From Candidatus Omnitrophota bacterium (GTDB taxonomy: Bacteria > Omnitrophota > Gorgyraeia > B26-G9): 64,000 nt of DNA. Under the pieces are notes generated by a model that saw only the letters and a program-made list of their open reading frames with translations, was not told the DNA's origin and ran no database searches. Each line of letters opens with the position of its first letter. The stretch's first letter is position 1. Position numbers and translations under genes: made by a program. Positions 59,870 through 64,000 of the stretch are shown here, in pieces. The stretch spans positions 5,077 to 69,076 of the forward strand of contig JBDRJV010000047.1 of assembly GCA_043814605.1 (NCBI GenBank), read 5' to 3'.

Positions 59870-61674
59870 AAATATTTTTTAAAGGGTTATTTATTGTTTT
59901 ATTTAATATTGTGCTGGTTATTTTATGCTTTGCTGAACCAGTCTCGCCGCCGGTTTTAACGACAGAACCGCAGCCGAAAGTTTCGCCTTTAGTCGAAGGA
60001 ATACAAGGTACTATTTCCCTGGATTTACGCAAGATTAATATCGATGATGCGTTAAAGTATTTTTCCCTTAAAAGCGGATTGAACATTGTCACGACAAAAT
60101 CAGTTACCGGACGGGTAACGCTTGTGGTTAAGGATGTTCCGGTACAGGATGTTTTTGATATTATGCTGCGTTCAAATGGGTTGGCTTATGACAAAATCGG
60201 AGATATTTATAATGTTATGAGCCAGGATGAATATAAGGTTATTTATGGTAAAAGGTTTTCGGATATCCGGGAAGTAAAAGTTTTTCGCTTAAATTATGCA
60301 ATGCCAGAACAGGCTTTTAGCATGCTGGATACAATGAAAAGTGATATTGGAAGAATCCTGGTTGACCAGGAAACAGGCACTGTGCTTTGCATGGATTCTC
60401 CGGAAAAATTAGAGCAGATGGAAGCGGTAATGAAAGAGTTTGAAAAAGAAAATATTACCCGGATTTTTCAGCTAAATTACGCGAAAGCACTCGAAGTCGA
60501 AGGCCATTTAAGAACGCAGCTTAATAATAAAAATGTTGGTTCAATCCGGGCAGATGAAAGATCTAACCAAGTTATTGTACAGGCTTTTCCGGAAAGAATG
60601 AAAGAAGTAAGAAGATTAATTGAAGCTTTAGATGTAAAAACAAAAGAAGTTTTAATTGATGCCAAAATTTTGAAAATAAATTTGGATGATAGTGTAACAA
60701 CCGGAATTAAATGGGAAGGATTATTCGACGTTTCGGAAAAAAAAGGTTTAACCTATATCGGGTCTACACCGTTTACTTCTGTGCAGGCAACAACGGATGA
60801 TTGGCGTTCAAGGCAGCAAGTTTTAAATGATGTGGGTAATGTTGGCTCCTATCCTTTTAGCGGGACAACATCAAATTATTCCAGCGGCCAATCTTCAATT
60901 GGTATTGATAAAATGCATATTGGCATGATTGGTGCACATGATTTTGATGTTACATTACAATATTTGAAAACAGTTACTGAGGCAAAAATCCTCTCTAACC
61001 CGAAAATTGCTGTGGTTAATAACCAGGAAGCCCGGATTCATGTCGGAGAACGCCAGGCCTATGTTACGACAACGACTACCAGCGGCCAATCAACAAGTAC
61101 GATTTCGGAAGAAGTAAATTTTATTGATATCGGTATTCAAATGGATGTTGTCCCGACAATCAATGAGGACGGGTTTATAAGTATTAAACTCAAGTCTGAA
61201 GTTAGTAGTGTGATCAGTGTTTTAATTACGCCGACAGAAAATCAAATCCCGATAATCGATACCTCCTTGGCAGAAACAACGGTGTTAGTAAAAGAAGGAG
61301 CGACAATTGTTATTGGCGGGTTGCGTAAGGAAGAAAAAACAAAATATGTCCAGAGAGTGCCAATATTAAGTAAGATCCCTTTGTTCGGGTTATTATTTCA
61401 AAATAAAACTGACGGCAAAACTATTACAGAATTGCTGATCATGATTACTCCGACGATTATTACAGGAGAAACATTAATTGCTTCTGAATCTAAAGAGGTT
61501 GGCCTGCCGAATATTAAACCGGCACAGCAATATGAGGATGTTGAGCGGATTAAAAAAGAGCAAGAAACTTTTATGCCTCCGCCGCCGGAAAGTAATTTCG
61601 GAGGCATGCAGCTTAAAGGGGCAAAGGCTTACAAAAATTACGAAGGATTCGAAGATTCTCAAAATAAAAAATAA
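59866..61674 (+). CDS. secretin (GspD/PilQ/MshL family)
   Basis: Signal peptide. Secretin_N-like region. C-terminal secretin core (ILSNPKIAVVNNQEARIHVG...VPILSKIPLFGLLF). Confidence 0.85.
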   Translation: MKIFFKGLFIVLFNIVLVILCFAEPVSPPVLTTEPQPKVSPLVEGIQGTISLDLRKINIDDALKYFSLKSGLNIVTTKSVTGRVTLVVKDVPVQDVFDIMLRSNGLAYDKIGDIYNVMSQDEYKVIYGKRFSDIREVKVFRLNYAMPEQAFSMLDTMKSDIGRILVDQETGTVLCMDSPEKLEQMEAVMKEFEKENITRIFQLNYAKALEVEGHLRTQLNNKNVGSIRADERSNQVIVQAFPERMKEVRRLIEALDVKTKEVLIDAKILKINLDDSVTTGIKWEGLFDVSEKKGLTYIGSTPFTSVQATTDDWRSRQQVLNDVGNVGSYPFSGTTSNYSSGQSSIGIDKMHIGMIGAHDFDVTLQYLKTVTEAKILSNPKIAVVNNQEARIHVGERQAYVTTTTTSGQSTSTISEEVNFIDIGIQMDVVPTINEDGFISIKLKSEVSSVISVLITPTENQIPIIDTSLAETTVLVKEGATIVIGGLRKEEKTKYVQRVPILSKIPLFGLLFQNKTDGKTITELLIMITPTIITGETLIASESKEVGLPNIKPAQQYEDVERIKKEQETFMPPPPESNFGGMQLKGAKAYKNYEGFEDSQNKK

Positions 61675-61710
61675 AATATAAAATGGACAATTAAAAATTG
61701 AGGTTAGCTT

Positions 61711-63882
61711 ATGAAAAAAGCAGGATCAATTTATGTAATGATTTTAGTCTTTACTTTTGCTGTTTTTTTAGCTTGGGCGCAAGCAGAAGATAAGGAAAAT
61801 ACATCAACCGATGTGACAAATAAGATGCAGAATATTGTTAAGGATATGGATATTCTCAACCAGGATTTAAAAAAAGAGAAAAAAGCGTATGAAGAATTAA
61901 AAAAACAATATGATCAATTAAAATCAAAACATGAATTCATGGCGGAACAATTTTCACTTAAAGAGCAATCTTTAAGGCTTAAAGAAAATGAGGTTATTTC
62001 ATTAAAAGAACAGCTTAGTAATATCAGCAAACTTTTGGAAAAAACTCAGGAACAGCTTGACCAGTTTAAATTAAAAAATGAGGAAATGACGCAGCAGCTT
62101 CTGCAGGTAAAATCAGAATTAAAAAAAAGTGACGAAAATTATCTGCAAAATATGCTGGATAAAACTAACCAGATGAATGATCTGGAGGTGATTGTTGTCG
62201 AGTTAAGGCAGGCGAGCCGCCAATTATTAAATGAAAAGGAAAAATATATAAAACAGGTAGAGGAATTAGCAGCAGATGTTAAAAATTTGCAAGCCCTGCT
62301 TCAGGATAAAGAGCAGGAATTTAACAACAAACTGATGAAGATGAAACAGGATAATATTAGTCAGATAGAAGAGATGCTAGAGAAAGAAAAACTTTTAAGT
62401 GAACAAATAGTTATTGCCAGAAAAGAAATTCAAACGCTTGAATATAGAAATATGCAGCTTGATGTAGAAAAGCAGGAGGATAAAAAAGCCGCAGAACTTA
62501 AGCTTGCCGACAAACAAAAAGAATTAGATTTTATCAAGGAGGAATTAGAAGGATTGAGGCGGCATTATGCCGAACTTGATAAAAAATCAAAAGATTTTAA
62601 CTTATTTAAAGAGAGATATGAAAACGATATCTTAAGATCAAAAAGAGAGTATGAAAAAAAAGAAAAAGAAATTGCTGAGCTTGAGCAATTGCTTAAAGAT
62701 AAAGAAAACGAAGCCAAAAAACAGTTTTTAGATTATGAACTGACACAAGCAGAGCATAAAAGAGAATTTGAAGCAGAAATTACAAAAATGCAGGAAAAAC
62801 AAAAACTGTTGATGCAAGAAAAAGACCAATTAAATTCCGATAAAAAGCAGGTTTTATTGAGAATGATTAGTCTGGAAGAAAAAATGAAAGGGAAAGTTAT
62901 ACCCGGGGAAAACCAGGCTGCTGGAACAGCCGAAGGCGTAAATCAGGAAAGTTTGCAAATTGCTAATGATGAGATGGAATTTCTCAGAACAGAATTTAAA
63001 CATCTTAATAATGTGTTAAAAAGAGCGAATGAGGAAATTAGTATTTTAAAGCAAAATAACAGCGATGTGACGCAGGATAATATCGGTTTAAGGACGCAGG
63101 TTATAGATTCCAAAAAGAAAGAAAGGGATTTAAGAGGAGAATTGGAAAACATAGAAAAAGAACTTTTAGAAAAAGAACAAAATTATGCGGAAAAACTTGA
63201 GAAAAATAAAGATGATTCAGATAAAGAATTTAAAAAATTCACTAAGCTTGTAACTGAACTGGAAAAACAGAATAAACTTATCAATAAAGAGAAGCAGAAT
63301 TATTTAAACCAGGTTTCCGAGGAACAAGCAAAAGTTTCTGCATTAAAGCAAGAACAGGAAAGTTTAAAAAAAGAAAACAAGGATCTTACGGCGCAATTTA
63401 AAAAACTCTCTTATGCAGAACGCCGGTGGCAGAAAAAAGAGCTTGTCCAGGAACAGCTTATTGCAAAATATTCCGAACAGATTAGTGACTTAAAGGGTGA
63501 TGTTGACTATTGGAAAGTTGAGAATAAGCGCTTAGAGTTATTGCTTAAAACTATGCCGAAGAAAATGGCTGAACTTGAGAAAGAAATTAGTGATATAAGA
63601 ATTGAAAATTCAATGCTGCATTATAATACGGGCGTTTTTCATACTCAGCGACAGGAATATACTCAGGCGATTGTTGAATTTAATAAGTGTTTAAAATATA
63701 ATACGAACGATGCGAGTGCGCATTATAATTTGGGCATTATTTATTCCCGGTATCTTATTGATGAGCAGAAAGCAGTTTTGCATTTTAAACATTATCTATC
63801 TCTTTCTCCAAACGATAAAGATGCAAACCGAGCCAAGGAATATCTGCTTATTTGGGCTACACAAAAAGACAAAGAACCATAA
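61711..63882 (+). CDS. secreted long coiled-coil protein with C-terminal TPR motifs (MshN-like?)
   Basis: Signal peptide. About 600 aa of heptad-rich E/K/Q coiled coil. TPR-like C-terminus. Confidence 0.55.
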   Translation: MKKAGSIYVMILVFTFAVFLAWAQAEDKENTSTDVTNKMQNIVKDMDILNQDLKKEKKAYEELKKQYDQLKSKHEFMAEQFSLKEQSLRLKENEVISLKEQLSNISKLLEKTQEQLDQFKLKNEEMTQQLLQVKSELKKSDENYLQNMLDKTNQMNDLEVIVVELRQASRQLLNEKEKYIKQVEELAADVKNLQALLQDKEQEFNNKLMKMKQDNISQIEEMLEKEKLLSEQIVIARKEIQTLEYRNMQLDVEKQEDKKAAELKLADKQKELDFIKEELEGLRRHYAELDKKSKDFNLFKERYENDILRSKREYEKKEKEIAELEQLLKDKENEAKKQFLDYELTQAEHKREFEAEITKMQEKQKLLMQEKDQLNSDKKQVLLRMISLEEKMKGKVIPGENQAAGTAEGVNQESLQIANDEMEFLRTEFKHLNNVLKRANEEISILKQNNSDVTQDNIGLRTQVIDSKKKERDLRGELENIEKELLEKEQNYAEKLEKNKDDSDKEFKKFTKLVTELEKQNKLINKEKQNYLNQVSEEQAKVSALKQEQESLKKENKDLTAQFKKLSYAERRWQKKELVQEQLIAKYSEQISDLKGDVDYWKVENKRLELLLKTMPKKMAELEKEISDIRIENSMLHYNTGVFHTQRQEYTQAIVEFNKCLKYNTNDASAHYNLGIIYSRYLIDEQKAVLHFKHYLSLSPNDKDANRAKEYLLIWATQKDKEP

Positions 63883-64000
63883 TGAAAAATCTTTTTTTTA
63901 TTATAGTTTTGACTATTTTAATTTTGCTAGTTACAATGTTACATATTGGGTATAAGGCTTGTGCAAATCAGGAATTTGCGTCTTTAGCGCCGCCGGCGGG
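63882..64000 (+). CDS. start of a membrane/secreted protein, 3'-truncated by window edge
   Basis: ATG overlapping the upstream stop (TAATG), followed by a hydrophobic helix. Too short to classify. Confidence 0.3.
   Translation, partial: MKNLFFIIVLTILILLVTMLHIGYKACANQEFASLAPPA

Noticed and set aside
61478-61681. Small ORFs overlapping the 3' end of the secretin gene on both strands
   Set aside because: Lys/Arg-rich low-complexity translations of the AT-rich region, fully overlapped by the secretin CDS.

Overview
AT-rich (~35% GC) bacterial chromosomal segment with a Gram-negative-type envelope (OMP beta-barrel, LpxL-like acyltransferase, secretin). The housekeeping backbone is priA, fmt, gap, pcm, mtnP and two tandem GalT-like genes. 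The first ~28 kb is an accessory-like region with an unusually high density of signalling genes and repeats. It holds four paralogous multi-TM sensor histidine kinases, REC-only and REC-HD-GYP response regulators, and a lipid/polyketide-like biosynthetic gene set. That set is a PlsC fragment, an SRPBCC-acyl-ACP-reductase fusion, a formyltransferase-like protein, an SPT/BioF-family alpha-oxoamine synthase, a KS-like protein lacking the Cys-His-His triad next to an intact FabF-like KS, a thioester-reductase-like protein, a nitroreductase and a CrtI-like FAD oxidoreductase. This set is interrupted by three paralogous COG1373 AAA+ ATPase/DUF4143 cassettes, by two IS200-like Y1 (RAYT-like) transposases with DnaA_C-like HTH tails, by a dispersed ~60-bp REP-like palindromic repeat family (6 copies) and by a ~110-bp GC-rich structured element present as an inverted pair. 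Further along there is a tripartite hipB-hipS-hipT-like toxin-antitoxin operon with three operator palindromes, an HK/RR/XRE-cupin module on the minus strand, a tail-fibre-like secreted protein with a C-terminal S74 intramolecular-chaperone domain, an FN3 protein, a 2137-aa RHS/YD-repeat polymorphic toxin with an LRAT/NlpC-P60-like (NCxH) C-terminal domain plus an overlapping immunity gene, an envelope glycolipid gene set (OMP, UgtP/MGDG-synthase-like GT, LPLAT, GT2) and an MSHA-like ExeA-ATPase/secretin/TPR cluster. No CRISPR array, rRNA or convincing tRNA was seen.
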